From NCBI GenBank assembly GCA_964533575.1, contig CAZHMG010000001.1:11385-75384 (forward strand): DNA of 64,000 bases, in the 5' to 3' direction. The DNA is from an uncultured Thermoleophilia bacterium (GTDB lineage: Bacteria > Actinomycetota > Thermoleophilia > UBA2241). This document shows, piece after piece, positions 1 to 10,290 of the stretch (positions are counted from its first letter, which is position 1; every line of letters begins with the position of its first letter). The notes beneath the pieces are model-generated. The model saw nothing but the letters and a program-made list of their open reading frames with translations, did not search any database and was not told the origin of the DNA. Both the position numbers and the translations under genes were made by a program.

Positions 1-448
1 GGACCGCGAGCGCGACGCCTGGGCAGATGAGACCGTACGAGGCGATGCTGCGCTTCTCCCCGCGGACGAAGTCCGCGAAGTAGTTCTGCTTGCGCATGAT
101 GGCCAGGCCGGCCAGGCCCATGACGAGCTGCGCTCCGACGAGGAGACCGAGGAACACGAGCCAGATCGCGGGCGGGACTGAGGCATTGAGCAGCGTGTGG
201 CTGATGCCATTGACGTCCCGCAGCACCGTGATGCCGAAGAGCGTGAGGATCGGGATGCCCATCCACAGCGTGGGTCCCGCCTCCGCGGCCATCCCATGGC
301 GCAGCATGGCGCCGAAGCTCACCGGCAGCTTGACGGCGATCCAGCTGACTGAGGCCGCGAGGAACAGGAAGGTCCCCAGGAGGCCGATCACCACGCTGGC
401 CTTCGTGTCGCTCATGGCTGCGGAGGCGGCGAACCCCGTGGCGATCAT
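1..448 (-). CDS. TsoY-like multi-pass membrane protein, apparently only the C-terminal half; runs off the window edge
   Basis: Not in the ORF track. Hand translation from ATG 448 (ATGA overlap with the upstream stop) gives MIATGFAASAAMS...GPTLWMGIPILTLFGIT...SYGLICPGVALAV, hydrophobic and resembling, from memory, the C-terminal half of TsoY-family proteins. Confidence 0.55.
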   Translation of the reverse strand, partial: MIATGFAASAAMSDTKASVVIGLLGTFLFLAASVSWIAVKLPVSFGAMLRHGMAAEAGPTLWMGIPILTLFGITVLRDVNGISHTLLNASVPPAIWLVFLGLLVGAQLVMGLAGLAIMRKQNYFADFVRGEKRSIASYGLICPGVALAV

Positions 449-1157
449 TTGCCGCGGCGACGTTCCTCCGCGATCTCCTCCCCGGTACGACCCGTCCGCG
501 CAGCACCGCGCATCATCTCCATGACGTGGGCGGTGTCGAGCGTGTGCCCCTGGCGCTTCAGCTGGAACATCCGCTTGGCTTCTGGCAGCTGACCGGCCAC
601 GTAGACGACGGTCACGAAGACCGCGAAGAAGAACTCGGGGCTCCCGAGACCGTTACGCCACCAGAACCACGGGATGGTGAGCGCGACGCCCGCGACGAAC
701 GAGAGGACCGGCCAGAGCCTGCCGAGCACCATCCCGCCCAGGTGGGTCACAATCGCGCCCACGGGGCTGATGGCCAGCAGCATGCCGAGGATCGATGAGT
801 TGCCGCCGCCGCCGCTGAACCGGTACCAGACCGGCCACAGGTGCCCTACCAGCACGGCGCCGCCGCAGACCAGCGCGTAGGGCTCGTCGGGGAAGAGCAG
901 CCTGAGCACGAGGACGGGCGCGAACGCCTTGGCCATGTCGAGGAAGGTCACGAGCATGCCCCAGCGGGGGCCGAACGCGATCATGACATTCGTGGCGCCG
1001 ATGGCGTGAGAGACGAGTTCTGCCTCGCCGTCCTTGGTCGGAGTGCGAATGAGGGCGGGCGGCTCGCCGGGAGTCCGCGCGGCGAAGACGATGCGCGCGA
1101 ACTGGATGCTGCCGATGAGGTAGCCACCCACCGCGATCGCCGCGACGGCGGCGGTGT

Positions 1158-1161
<4 letters not shown>
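445..1161 (-). CDS. PlsY-like glycerol-3-phosphate acyltransferase family membrane protein (divergent)
   Basis: GYLIGSI, GATNV, DMAKA, GHLWPVW and FSGGGG motifs; multiple TM segments. Start set at GTG 1161 (GTGA overlap with the ATPase stop). Confidence 0.8.
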
Positions 1162-1856
<695 letters not shown>

Positions 1857-1864
1857 GCCGTCTC

Positions 1865-3031
1865 CTACTCGTACCTGAGGGCCTGGACGGGACTGAGCCG
1901 GGCGGCGTGCCAGGCGGGCCATAGCCCGGCCAGCACGCCGAGGACGAGCGAGAACGCGACGGAGCCGATCGCGAGACGCGGGGTGAGCAGGAACAGCTGC
2001 GTGGCCCCCATGACCCCGGAGCGGTTTGTCGCCTCCACGATCAGGTAGCCGAGGCCGAGGCCGATGAGGCCGCCGATCAGGCCGATGACCGCCGCCTCGG
2101 CCACGAACTGGCGCAGGATGGCCGCGCGGGTCGCGCCGATCGCCTTGCGGATGCCGATCTCGCGCGTACGCTCCGACACCGAGATCGTCATCGTGTTGAT
2201 GATGGACAACCCGCCCACCACCAGGGCGATGAGCCCGACGGTGTAGATGAGGTAGTTGAAGATCTGCAACGGTTCCTGCACGAACTCCCTGAATCCGGCA
2301 GGCCCCTGGACGTTGTAGCTGTCGCCGAGCTGCTTCGACACCGTCGTCACGAGGTCGTCGGGGTCGATGCCGTCGTCGGCGAACAGCACGATGCTGGTCG
2401 CCAGCGCGTCCTTGTCGAGACCCTCGGCGACGGCGTCGGGCAGCGTGTCCAGAAACAGCTCCTGCGCGTCCGGGAGGGTCATGACCACAGTGGAATCAGG
2501 CGCGGTGAGGGTGCGCTCGTAGATGCCCACGACCTCGAACTCCCGTCCCCGTATCTTGACCGTCCCCCCGACCTCGGCGCCGAGCTGCGACACCAGATCC
2601 GCGCCGACCGTGACCTTTCCCCGATCATCCTTGGTGAGATCGCGTCCTTCCGCCAGCGTGAGCTCGAACGTCTCGACGCCCACGTCGCGGAAGTCGGTCG
2701 CCTCGACCATCGGGGGCGTCCCCATGCTGATCGTCTGCACGTCGTCTTCGAGCAGGAAGTTCAGCGTCACGGAGCCGCGTTTGACGCCTTTCGCCGCTTC
2801 CGCGTCCTCGAGCACCTCCGAGGAGATCGGCGACATGCCGAAGCCCGCGAAGGTGGAGCCGTCCGTGACGATGACCTTGTCCGAGTAGTACTCGACTCCA
2901 CCGTCGACGAGCAGCTGGAGCTTCTCCGCGACCGAGCCGGTCACGACGAGCGCCAGCACGCCGATCGTGATGCCGAAGATGGTCAGGAAGGCCCGGGCCT
3001 TCCTCCTGAAGACGTTACGCAGGGTCTGCAT
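1865..3031 (-). CDS. ABC transporter permease (FtsX/MacB family)
   Basis: N-terminal TM, large extracytoplasmic domain, SVSERTREIGIRKAIGA motif, C-terminal PAWHAARLSPVQALRYE. Confidence 0.93.
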   Translation of the reverse strand: MQTLRNVFRRKARAFLTIFGITIGVLALVVTGSVAEKLQLLVDGGVEYYSDKVIVTDGSTFAGFGMSPISSEVLEDAEAAKGVKRGSVTLNFLLEDDVQTISMGTPPMVEATDFRDVGVETFELTLAEGRDLTKDDRGKVTVGADLVSQLGAEVGGTVKIRGREFEVVGIYERTLTAPDSTVVMTLPDAQELFLDTLPDAVAEGLDKDALATSIVLFADDGIDPDDLVTTVSKQLGDSYNVQGPAGFREFVQEPLQIFNYLIYTVGLIALVVGGLSIINTMTISVSERTREIGIRKAIGATRAAILRQFVAEAAVIGLIGGLIGLGLGYLIVEATNRSGVMGATQLFLLTPRLAIGSVAFSLVLGVLAGLWPAWHAARLSPVQALRYE

Positions 3032-5330
3032 CGAGACTCCGCGCTTCCGTGAACCACGAGGCGTCCTCGAGGACCGACACCGTGCCGTGGAGCCCGTCGA
3101 CCGTCACGAGCGTGCCGTCGTCGAGCGTGAGCGCGCCGCGGACGGAGACCACCGCAGGCACGCCGAACTCGCGGGCGAGGATGGCGCTGTGCGAGAGCAT
3201 GCCGCCCGATTCGGCGACGATGGCGCCGGCGCGCGTGAACAGCGCGTTCCAGCTCGCGTCCGAGAAGGGCACGACCACAACCGAGCCCTGGTCCACGCGC
3301 TCGATGTCGTCAAGCCCTCGGCAGACGACCACTCGGCCGGTGTAGCGGCCCCGCGACGAGGCGATGCCGCGAAGGGTGTGACGCCGCGGGAGCTCGATCA
3401 GGTCGGCTGTGTCCCCGACCACGACTTCCGGCGGCTCTCCCCCGGAGGCGATCTCGACCTCGGCGCGCCGGCTGCGGACGATCGTGCGGGCCTCTGAGGG
3501 CGTCAGGCCGGCGTCGACGACGCGGCGCAGTTCGTCGAGCGTGAAGTAGAAGACGTCGTCGCGGACCTCCAGCGCGCCGGTCTCGATGAGACGGCCGGCC
3601 AGCTCGAGGACGATCGGCCGGTAGTGCCCGTACGTATGGGTGTAGAGCGAGCTCGTCTCGTCGCGCAGCGTGTGGTACCGCGAGGCACGACGCCAGGCGC
3701 GGCGCAGGCGACGCCGGGATGGCTCCTGATGTCCCGCCGCGGTCCACTTCGGAGGGGCGTCGAGGCGGGCAGCGACCATGGCGAGAACGACCTCCGGCTG
3801 CTCCGACCATGGCGGGCTCGCCATGTTCACGCCGCTCTCGGCGAGATGGCCGAAGCGGCGCATGAACTCATCGAAACCGCGCACGAAGCCGCTGACGGCG
3901 GCGCGAGAGGCGGCCGCTGCGCCGGGCGCATCGGCCGCCTCCCGCAGCTTCGCGATCTCTCGGGCGCGCAGCTGCGTCTGCTGCTCGAGGGGCAGCACAC
4001 GAGCGAGGTTCGCGAGCTCATCGAGCGCTCGCCCCACGTTATGGACCGAGCTTGCGTCGCCGCGCAGGTCCAGCGGCTCGTCGGGCCCGAGCAGGCCCGC
4101 GCGCTGCATGCGGCCGCGCAGTCGCATCGTGTACATCCGCATGATCATCAGCGTGACCGTGTGGTGGTACGTCGCCGACTTCATGATCGGTTCGAGCGCA
4201 TCCATCCGCCGCAGCAGGGCGGGCGCATCGAGCGTCGCGAGGTCCACCGCCTCCGCGAAAGCGCGCGAGTTCCGCCATGCGGCCGGCAGCTCGCGCTCCA
4301 GCGTTCGTTCGTAGCGGCTGAAGTGGGCAAGCGCATGCAGCGTGTGGGGAAGCCGTCGCAACGCTCGCGGTTTGGGGCGCGGCATCCGCGGCATCGCGCC
4401 CTTCTCCATCCCGGCAAGCAGCTCGAGTGAGTCTTCGGGGAGGCCGAACTCGGCGAACAGCCGCGAGAGAGCGCCCACATTGATGTAGAAACGGTAGTGG
4501 ATGAGCGTCCCCGCGTCCTTCGGATCGATGTCGATAGGACCGAGCAGGTCCTGCAGGAACCGGATGAACACCCGGCTCATGAGCGGGCCGTTCACCGACC
4601 ACACCAGGGGCAGGATGATGCCCGGCAGCATGTCCCGCGCCATCCGGCTGCTGTAGATGTCGGGATGCCCGCCCGTGGTCATCGGCCGCGCCTGCAGCCA
4701 CCACAGCGTTCCGTCCCACGCCCACTCCGCGTCGATCGGCGACCTGAACGCGGCCTCGATGCGCTCAACGCCCTCGACGATCGCGTTCGCCACCCCCTCG
4801 GGCAGAGCGGGCTCGTCGGGAACGACGATCCATTCGCCGCGCTTGCGCACCCACCGCTCGGGCCTTTCGCGCCCGGCCAGCAGGTCCTCCGCGGTACCGC
4901 GGGTGGCCTCGATCACGCACTCCTTGATGCCCGTGAGCGGGTTCCGGCTGAAGACGACGCCCGCGACCTTGGCATGCACCATGCGCTGCACGAGCACGGA
5001 GTCGCTGCCGTGCTCCCGGACGCGCAGCGCCGCGGTCGCCACTTCCCCCGCTGGGACGTCCAGGATGGTGAGGAACTGCCCGGCGTGCGAGCGCGTCGCG
5101 CCGTCTTCGCTGCTCGATGACGACCGGACCGCGTAGGTGGAGGTCCCATCCACCGCCGAGCCGAGCATCGTGGCGAGCCGCTGCGGGTCGGCCGTCTCAA
5201 GGGACGAGCTCGGCACGACCCACGCCTGCGGAACTCTGAAACCAAGGGAGTTGAGGCGCGCAAGGGACCGAGCCTTGGCCCCAACGTCGCGCCGATGCCG
5301 GGCGCGACTCAGCCCCACCAGACCGGACAC
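3015..5330 (-). CDS. PEP/pyruvate-binding (ATP-grasp) plus PEP-utilizer His-domain phosphotransferase (PPDK/rifampin phosphotransferase-like architecture)
   Basis: GAKA, AVRSSSSSEDG...SHAGQF, DAEWA and LQARPMT in the N-domain; C-terminal phospho-His swivel motif GGMLSHSAILAREFGVPAVV. Start trimmed to GTG 5330 after an AAGGGGG RBS. Confidence 0.88.
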   Translation of the reverse strand: MSGLVGLSRARHRRDVGAKARSLARLNSLGFRVPQAWVVPSSSLETADPQRLATMLGSAVDGTSTYAVRSSSSSEDGATRSHAGQFLTILDVPAGEVATAALRVREHGSDSVLVQRMVHAKVAGVVFSRNPLTGIKECVIEATRGTAEDLLAGRERPERWVRKRGEWIVVPDEPALPEGVANAIVEGVERIEAAFRSPIDAEWAWDGTLWWLQARPMTTGGHPDIYSSRMARDMLPGIILPLVWSVNGPLMSRVFIRFLQDLLGPIDIDPKDAGTLIHYRFYINVGALSRLFAEFGLPEDSLELLAGMEKGAMPRMPRPKPRALRRLPHTLHALAHFSRYERTLERELPAAWRNSRAFAEAVDLATLDAPALLRRMDALEPIMKSATYHHTVTLMIMRMYTMRLRGRMQRAGLLGPDEPLDLRGDASSVHNVGRALDELANLARVLPLEQQTQLRAREIAKLREAADAPGAAAASRAAVSGFVRGFDEFMRRFGHLAESGVNMASPPWSEQPEVVLAMVAARLDAPPKWTAAGHQEPSRRRLRRAWRRASRYHTLRDETSSLYTHTYGHYRPIVLELAGRLIETGALEVRDDVFYFTLDELRRVVDAGLTPSEARTIVRSRRAEVEIASGGEPPEVVVGDTADLIELPRRHTLRGIASSRGRYTGRVVVCRGLDDIERVDQGSVVVVPFSDASWNALFTRAGAIVAESGGMLSHSAILAREFGVPAVVSVRGALTLDDGTLVTVDGLHGTVSVLEDASWFTEARSLDADPA

Positions 5331-5508
5331 CGGATCCCCCTTCCGCGCGTGCGATCGATCGTCTGTCGCGACGCTTCGACGATACCACGCACTCGGCAAC
5401 GCACGGAAGTACGAGCGCAGTTGACGCGGGCTGAGCGGCGCGACGGACGTGCGAGCGCCGCCGAACCAGCGGGGAGTATCCTTAGGGAGTCGACTCCCTG
5501 GAGAGGTG

Positions 5509-5625
5509 ATGCTGTCGCTGCATCCCGCACGGCGCCGTGCCGTCGCGCTTGTGATCATCGCCGTGCTGATCACGGTGTCGGCGATTGTGCCGACCTGGTG
5601 CGCCGTCAGCGGCCTCTGGCGGTGA
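5509..5625 (+). CDS. Small single-TM protein (38 aa)
   Basis: GGAGAGG RBS before ATG 5509; MLSLHPARRRAVALVIIAVLITVSAIVPTWCAVSGLWR; stop 3 nt before the molybdoenzyme start. Below the ORF-track cutoff. Confidence 0.5.
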   Translation: MLSLHPARRRAVALVIIAVLITVSAIVPTWCAVSGLWR

Positions 5626-5628
5626 CTG

Positions 5629-7320
5629 ATGGCGGGCATCCGGGCGACGGGTAGAGCGGGACGCGCCCTCACGGGTCTGGCCGCCGGCGCCTTGGCCGGT
5701 GCGGCCCTCCTCGGCCTCCTCGCGCTCGGCGCTCTCGCCGGACTGCCCAACGTGGCGTTCGTCCTGTTCGACTGGCTGGTACGCGTACTGCCGGGCGTGA
5801 TCGTTGTGTGGGGCCTCGAGACGACGCTGCGTCTCCTCGAAGGGCTCGGGTTCGACATCGCCGACACGACCAAAGCGGTCGAGACGGCGCTGGCGCAGCT
5901 AGGCCTCTTCATCCCAGCCGCGTTCGCGGGCCTGGCCTTCTTCGTCGCAGTCGATCCGCGCCACGCCGCCCGCGCGCCGGGGATCGGCCGGATCGTCGGC
6001 TTCGCCGTGGGCGTCGCGTTCGCCTTCCTCGTGCTATGGGAGAGCTCCGTTCCCACCGCCGGCGTCGTGGCGGGCGCGCTCTGGGTCGTCGCCGTCTTCT
6101 TCGTCTGGGGGTGGGCGCTGGGCCGCCTGTTCCCTGTCGCCTATCCGATGACAAGCTCGGCGGCGGCCGAGCCGGCGCTGGCCTCTCCTCCCGCGGTCCA
6201 GCCGTCCTCCCCCGCCCCACCTCCGGCCCAGCAGGCGGATGCGGAGGCGGAGCGGCTCGACCGTCGCCATTTCGTCATCCGCATGGGCGGTCTGGCCGCA
6301 ACGCTCGTCGTCCTCGGGGCCGAAGTGGCCCAGATCCTGCGCGTCGAGAGCGGGCAGACAGTGCCGCAGCCCGGGGTCGCGCCGATCCCATTCCCGAACG
6401 CCGACTCTCCCGTGAAGCCCGTCGCCGGGACGCGCCCGGAGTACACCGCGGTCGCCGACCACTTCACCGTCGACATCGATCTCACGCCGCCGTCCATCGA
6501 CGTCGCCTCATGGCGGCTGCGCATCAGCGGTCTCGTCGGCCGCCCCACTGAGCTCACCTACGAGCAGCTCACCGGCGACTACCCCGCGCGCGACCAGTTC
6601 GTCACGCTCGCTTGCGTCTCGAACCCGGTCGGCGGGCCGCTCATCGGCACCACCCTCTGGAGCGGCCCTTCTCTGCGCGACGTCCTCAGCGCGGCGCAGC
6701 CTTCGCCGGCCGCGCGCTACGTCCACATGCTCTCAGACGACGGCTTCGACGAAGTCGTCGACCTGGCCGTCGTCCGCTCTGACCCGCGCATCATCCTGGC
6801 GCACTCCTGGAACGGCGAAGCGCTGACCGCCGAGCACGGCTTCCCCCTGCGCGTGGCCATCCCTGACGTCTACGGGATGAAGCAGCCCAAGTGGATCACG
6901 GAGATCGTCCTCGTGCCGGACTTCATCCCCGGCTACTGGGTCGCGCGAGGTTGGGACCGGCAGGCTCAGGTGCGGACGACGTCGGTGATCGACACGGTGG
7001 ATACGGGCGGCCTGACGACCAGGGACGGGCAGACGTACGTGCCCATCGGCGGCATCGCCGAGGCAGGCGCGCGCGGGATCTCGAGGGTAGAAGTCCAGAC
7101 GGACGGCGGCCCGTGGGAGGCGGCGGACCTGCGGCAGCCGCTCTCGCCGCTCACCTGGGTGATCTGGCGGTACGAGTGGCCCTGGCGGGAAGGCCGGCAC
7201 ACGTTCGCCGTGCGCGCCTATGACGGCCAGGGCCGCCTGCAGGAGACCGCGCCGAACCCGCCGGACCCCGCCGGCGCGACCGGCATCGACACGGAGACGG
7301 CTACCGTGCTGCCGGGGTGA
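5629..7320 (+). CDS. Membrane-anchored molybdopterin-dependent oxidoreductase (sulfite oxidase family)
   Basis: TLACVSN with the Mo-ligand Cys, HGFPLRV, YGMKQPKWI and GYWVARGW; C-terminal Ig-like dimerisation domain (GISRVEV, HTFAVRAYD); N-terminal TMs; internal twin-arginine-like DRRHFV. Confidence 0.9.
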   Translation: MAGIRATGRAGRALTGLAAGALAGAALLGLLALGALAGLPNVAFVLFDWLVRVLPGVIVVWGLETTLRLLEGLGFDIADTTKAVETALAQLGLFIPAAFAGLAFFVAVDPRHAARAPGIGRIVGFAVGVAFAFLVLWESSVPTAGVVAGALWVVAVFFVWGWALGRLFPVAYPMTSSAAAEPALASPPAVQPSSPAPPPAQQADAEAERLDRRHFVIRMGGLAATLVVLGAEVAQILRVESGQTVPQPGVAPIPFPNADSPVKPVAGTRPEYTAVADHFTVDIDLTPPSIDVASWRLRISGLVGRPTELTYEQLTGDYPARDQFVTLACVSNPVGGPLIGTTLWSGPSLRDVLSAAQPSPAARYVHMLSDDGFDEVVDLAVVRSDPRIILAHSWNGEALTAEHGFPLRVAIPDVYGMKQPKWITEIVLVPDFIPGYWVARGWDRQAQVRTTSVIDTVDTGGLTTRDGQTYVPIGGIAEAGARGISRVEVQTDGGPWEAADLRQPLSPLTWVIWRYEWPWREGRHTFAVRAYDGQGRLQETAPNPPDPAGATGIDTETATVLPG

Positions 7321-7464
7321 AGACGCCGGCGCTGTGTCGACATGCTGTCCAGACGCCCGAGCGACAGGGCCGCATGCTCGATCAGTTCCAGCAGGCCCGC
7401 GAGCCAGGCAGGAGTTGACCCAGCGAGTGGTGGCTGCTTCTGCATGGTCGCATCTGCCGATGGA

Positions 7465-8769
7465 TCAGGGCACTTCGATGAGAATCGCGCGGAAGTCGTT
7501 CACATTCGTGCGCGTAGGCCCTGTGAAGAACAAGCCGTCCACGCCTTCGAAGAACGCGTAGGCATCATTGCGAGCCAGGGCATCCGTGATCTGAACGGCC
7601 GTATTGAGCCCGTGCCGAAGGGCACCTGGGAGCAGGATGGCCCCGGCATTCTCCCCACTGCCGTCTATGCCGTCCGTATCCGCGGCGAGGGCGCTGATGC
7701 CGTTCGCGCCGGCGAGTCCCTGAGCCAAGCCAAGCAGGTACTCGGTGTTACGGCCGCCGCAACCGTCGCCGGTCACGGTCACCGTGGTCTCACCGCCGGA
7801 CAACAGCACGCACGGAAGGTCTGTCAGCCCGTGGCCCGAGGCGCAACTGAGAGCGATCTCTGCATGCCGCTTCCCGACTCGACGGGCCTCGCCTTGAATG
7901 TCGTAACCAAGCACAATGGGTGAGACGCCGGCTGCGCGAGCGGCGCGTGCCGCAGCATCAATAGCCTCGCGCGACGTCGCCAGCATCACCACATCATCCT
8001 CGGCGAAGGAGCCGTCACCGGGCTTCGGCGTCTCGCCGATGGCGTCATCACCGGCGAGCCGATCGCGTCGTCCCTCAGCACCATCTCCGATATGGCGCAC
8101 CACTGCCTCGGGCTCGGAGATGCGATAGCGGCGGAGGACGGCGCGCGCGTCGGCGAAGGTGGTCGGGTCAGGCACTGTCGGACCGGACGCGATGACCGAG
8201 GGCTCGTTACCCGGGACGTCGGAGATGACAAAGGTCACGACACGAGCCGGATGGGCGGCCTCCGCGAGACGGCCACCCTTGACGAGCGACAGATGCTTGC
8301 GGACGCAGTTGATGTCGCTGATGCTCGCGCCGCTGCGCAGCAAGGCGCGACTGACCGACTGCAGGTCCTGGAGCGTGAGTCCATCAGCCGGCCACTCCAG
8401 CAGCGCCGAGCCGCCGCCGGACAGAAGGCAAATGGCCAGATCGTGGGGCCCCAAATCGCGCATGATGTGCAGGATGCGTCGGCCCGCCTCCTGCCCCGCA
8501 GCATCTGGGACCGGATGTGCCGCCTCCAGCACATCGATCCGTTCACAGGGCTCGCCGTGCCCGTAGCGAGTGACAACAAGGCCCTCAAGTGGACCTTTCC
8601 ACTCGCGCTCCACGGCGAGCGCCATGCGGGCGGCAGCTTTGCCCGCTCCGACGACCACGGTCCGGCCCGGAGGGGGCGGCGGCAGACGCCCCGGCATGAG
8701 TTGCAGGGCGTCCGCCGCCGCCACAGCGGCGTCAAACAGCGTGTACAGCAGCGCGTGACGGGCACACAC
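7465..8769 (-). CDS. Glycerate 2-kinase, type II (DUF4147/MOFRL; TtuD/GckA family)
   Basis: GAGKAA, EAAHPVPD, LLSGGGSAL, VRKHLSLVKGGRLA, SGGETTV, GGRNTE, DTDGIDG and TGPTRTNVND. Confidence 0.93.
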   Translation of the reverse strand: MCARHALLYTLFDAAVAAADALQLMPGRLPPPPPGRTVVVGAGKAAARMALAVEREWKGPLEGLVVTRYGHGEPCERIDVLEAAHPVPDAAGQEAGRRILHIMRDLGPHDLAICLLSGGGSALLEWPADGLTLQDLQSVSRALLRSGASISDINCVRKHLSLVKGGRLAEAAHPARVVTFVISDVPGNEPSVIASGPTVPDPTTFADARAVLRRYRISEPEAVVRHIGDGAEGRRDRLAGDDAIGETPKPGDGSFAEDDVVMLATSREAIDAAARAARAAGVSPIVLGYDIQGEARRVGKRHAEIALSCASGHGLTDLPCVLLSGGETTVTVTGDGCGGRNTEYLLGLAQGLAGANGISALAADTDGIDGSGENAGAILLPGALRHGLNTAVQITDALARNDAYAFFEGVDGLFFTGPTRTNVNDFRAILIEVP

Positions 8770-8805
8770 CGTCTTGCCGCCGCTCGGAACTTCGCGCCGG
8801 TCGCG

Positions 8806-10290
8806 TCAGTAGGTGGGCGACAGGTCGAATTGGATGTGCTTCAGTTCCGTGTACTCGTACAGCGCCTCGATGCCCATCGCTCGGCCGTTGCCGCTTGCTT
8901 TGCAGCCGCCGAACTCGGTCTCTGCGTAGAACCTGTTGTAGGTATTGATCCAGACGGTGCCGGACTTGATCTTCCTGGCGACGCGCACCGCTCTGCTCAC
9001 ATCCCGGGTCCAGACGGCGCCGGCCAGACCGTACTTCGTTCCGTTCGCCAGCTTGATCGCCTCGTCCTCGGTGTGGAACTTCTGCACCGCGAGCACTGGC
9101 CCAAAGACTTCCTCGTTCACGAGTCGCGCATCGGGAGCGAGATCAGTGACGACGGTGGGAGCAACGAACCAGCCCTTGTCGTACTCGGCGCCGGCCAGAC
9201 GCTCGCCGCCCGTCAGCACCTTCCCCTCGCTCTTGCCGATTTCGATGTACTTCATCACCTTGTTGAGATGCGCCTCGGCGATCATCGGCCCCAGCTGAGT
9301 GCCCTCGTCCATACCTCGGCCGACCTTCAGCTTCTCGATCTCCGCCTTCATGCGACTGGTGAACTCATCGTGGATGGTGTCCTGCACGATGAGGCGCGTG
9401 CCCGCCATGCAGAACTGCCCCGACGTCTGGAGGAATGCCCAGACCGCGGCCGGGACCGCCTTGTCGAAATCCGCGTCCTCGAACACGACGTTCGGCGACT
9501 TGCCGCCCAATTCGGTGACGATCTTCTTGTGGGTCGGCGCGGCCACCTGGGCAATCTGAGCCGCCGTGATCCCGTCGCCGGTGAAGGCGATCATGTCGAC
9601 GTCGTGACTTGCGGCGAGGGCGTCACCGACAACGGGACCCGAACCGGACACGATGTTGACGATGCCTTTGGGGATCGACTCGACCTGAGAGAGGATCTCG
9701 ATGAACTGGGTGCAGATGGCCGGGGTGTAGCTGGCAGGCTTCACGATGACGGCGTTCCCCGCCGCGAGCGCCGGCGCCATGTCCCGGATCATGAGCGATG
9801 CCGGCCAGTTCCAGGGCACGATGATGGCGACCACTCCTATGGCCTCGCGGACGACAACGCCGAACGCAGTCTCCGAGATATTGGCGGAACGACCGTAGAC
9901 CTGGCGTGCCGCGCCGGCGTAGTAGCGAAGGAAGTCGATACAGCCGGCGTACTTCCCCGCAACGCACACGTGCGCCTCTTCCAGCGTCTTGCCGTTCTCG
10001 CGGGACAGCAGCTCGCAGAGCTCATCCTCCCGCGCTTCCAGGCGATCGGCGAACTCCAGCAACGCCTTCTGACGCAGGCCGGGCGACACCGACCATTCAG
10101 TCGTCTCGAAGGCGTGTCGTGCCGCCGCGATCGCCCGATCCATGTCGCCGGCCGTCGACTTCTGCGCGTACGCAACGACCTCCTGGGTTGCCGGATCGTA
10201 GCTCGTGATCAGTTCCCCGGATTCAGAGGGAACCCACTCCCCGCCGATGTAGTTCAAGTACGTCTTCGCTTCTGTCGCCACCGACATCAC
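8806..10290 (-). CDS. NAD(P)-dependent aldehyde dehydrogenase
   Basis: PWNWP, FTG, ELGGKSP, catalytic Cys in GQFCMA, EEVFGP and FGGCKASG. Confidence 0.95.
   Translation of the reverse strand: MMSVATEAKTYLNYIGGEWVPSESGELITSYDPATQEVVAYAQKSTAGDMDRAIAAARHAFETTEWSVSPGLRQKALLEFADRLEAREDELCELLSRENGKTLEEAHVCVAGKYAGCIDFLRYYAGAARQVYGRSANISETAFGVVVREAIGVVAIIVPWNWPASLMIRDMAPALAAGNAVIVKPASYTPAICTQFIEILSQVESIPKGIVNIVSGSGPVVGDALAASHDVDMIAFTGDGITAAQIAQVAAPTHKKIVTELGGKSPNVVFEDADFDKAVPAAVWAFLQTSGQFCMAGTRLIVQDTIHDEFTSRMKAEIEKLKVGRGMDEGTQLGPMIAEAHLNKVMKYIEIGKSEGKVLTGGERLAGAEYDKGWFVAPTVVTDLAPDARLVNEEVFGPVLAVQKFHTEDEAIKLANGTKYGLAGAVWTRDVSRAVRVARKIKSGTVWINTYNRFYAETEFGGCKASGNGRAMGIEALYEYTELKHIQFDLSPTY

Noticed and set aside
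3015-5330. Calling the PEP-utilizer a rifampin-resistance gene (rph) or PEP synthase
   Set aside because: The architecture is shared by many enzymes; I saw no rifamycin-associated element or substrate evidence, and the PPS C-terminal barrel is absent.
5331-6056. N-terminal 240-aa extension of the 1013-aa ORF 3015..6056
   Set aside because: It overlaps the plus-strand molybdoenzyme and is low-complexity shadow translation; homology and an RBS point to GTG 5330.
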